From the NCBI RefSeq assembly GCF_020745735.1, contig NC_083416.1, positions 33,319,131 through 33,383,130 of the forward strand: a stretch of DNA of 64,000 nucleotides, read 5' to 3'. Source of the stretch: Hemiscyllium ocellatum. Taxonomy: Eukaryota. The position numbers were made by a program, and so were the translations under genes. Below the pieces are notes generated by a model. That model was not told where the DNA came from and did no database searches. It saw only the letters and a list, made by a program, of their open reading frames with translations. This document shows positions 63,853-64,000 of this stretch, piece after piece (within the stretch, counting starts at the first letter, position 1; each line of letters opens with the position of its first letter).

Positions 63853-64000
63853 CAACATTAGAGAAGACTGTATAACTCATAGTAAAAATATTATTCATTC
63901 TATACAAGTAACTCCAGTAAATTTAATTATAAAGTACTTATGGTTTTCAGCCAGTAGACAAGTCTTAGAAATACACACTATAGGCCAACTTCATGGAACG

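Noticed and set aside
1-64000. CRISPR arrays, rRNA, prokaryotic operons or viral genes
   Set aside because: None seen. The sequence is vertebrate genomic DNA with no repeat-spacer periodicity.

Overview
This is a repeat-dense vertebrate window, almost certainly elasmobranch (shark). That assignment is inferred from HE1-type V-SINEs and CR1/HER1-type LINEs. The only host gene I can support is the sulfate transporter SLC26A2 on the minus strand. Its two coding exons are 60621-60010 and 56200-54671, giving a 713 aa spliced protein. It probably has a long TE-poor 3' UTR, and the non-coding first exon was not located. The rest is layered transposon sequence: near-full-length and fragmentary CR1 LINEs (one with an unbroken 789-codon ORF2), two decayed Gmr1-type (PR-IN-RT order) Ty3/Gypsy elements, a Gypsy gag relic, a TG..CA solo LTR, a hAT MITE, PIF/Harbinger relics and SINEs. 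The most striking signal is about ten Penelope-like (PLE) insertions from at least four sequence families. Most are fold-back (inverted-arm) elements, and the short ones have 9-18 bp target-site duplications. They carry minimal type I hammerhead ribozyme motifs whose stems differ between families but stay paired around a fixed CUGANGA/GAAA core. Also notable are a 90-bp inverted, locally templated insertion with microhomology junctions and a five-element nested TE stack. All calls were made by eye, with no database search.
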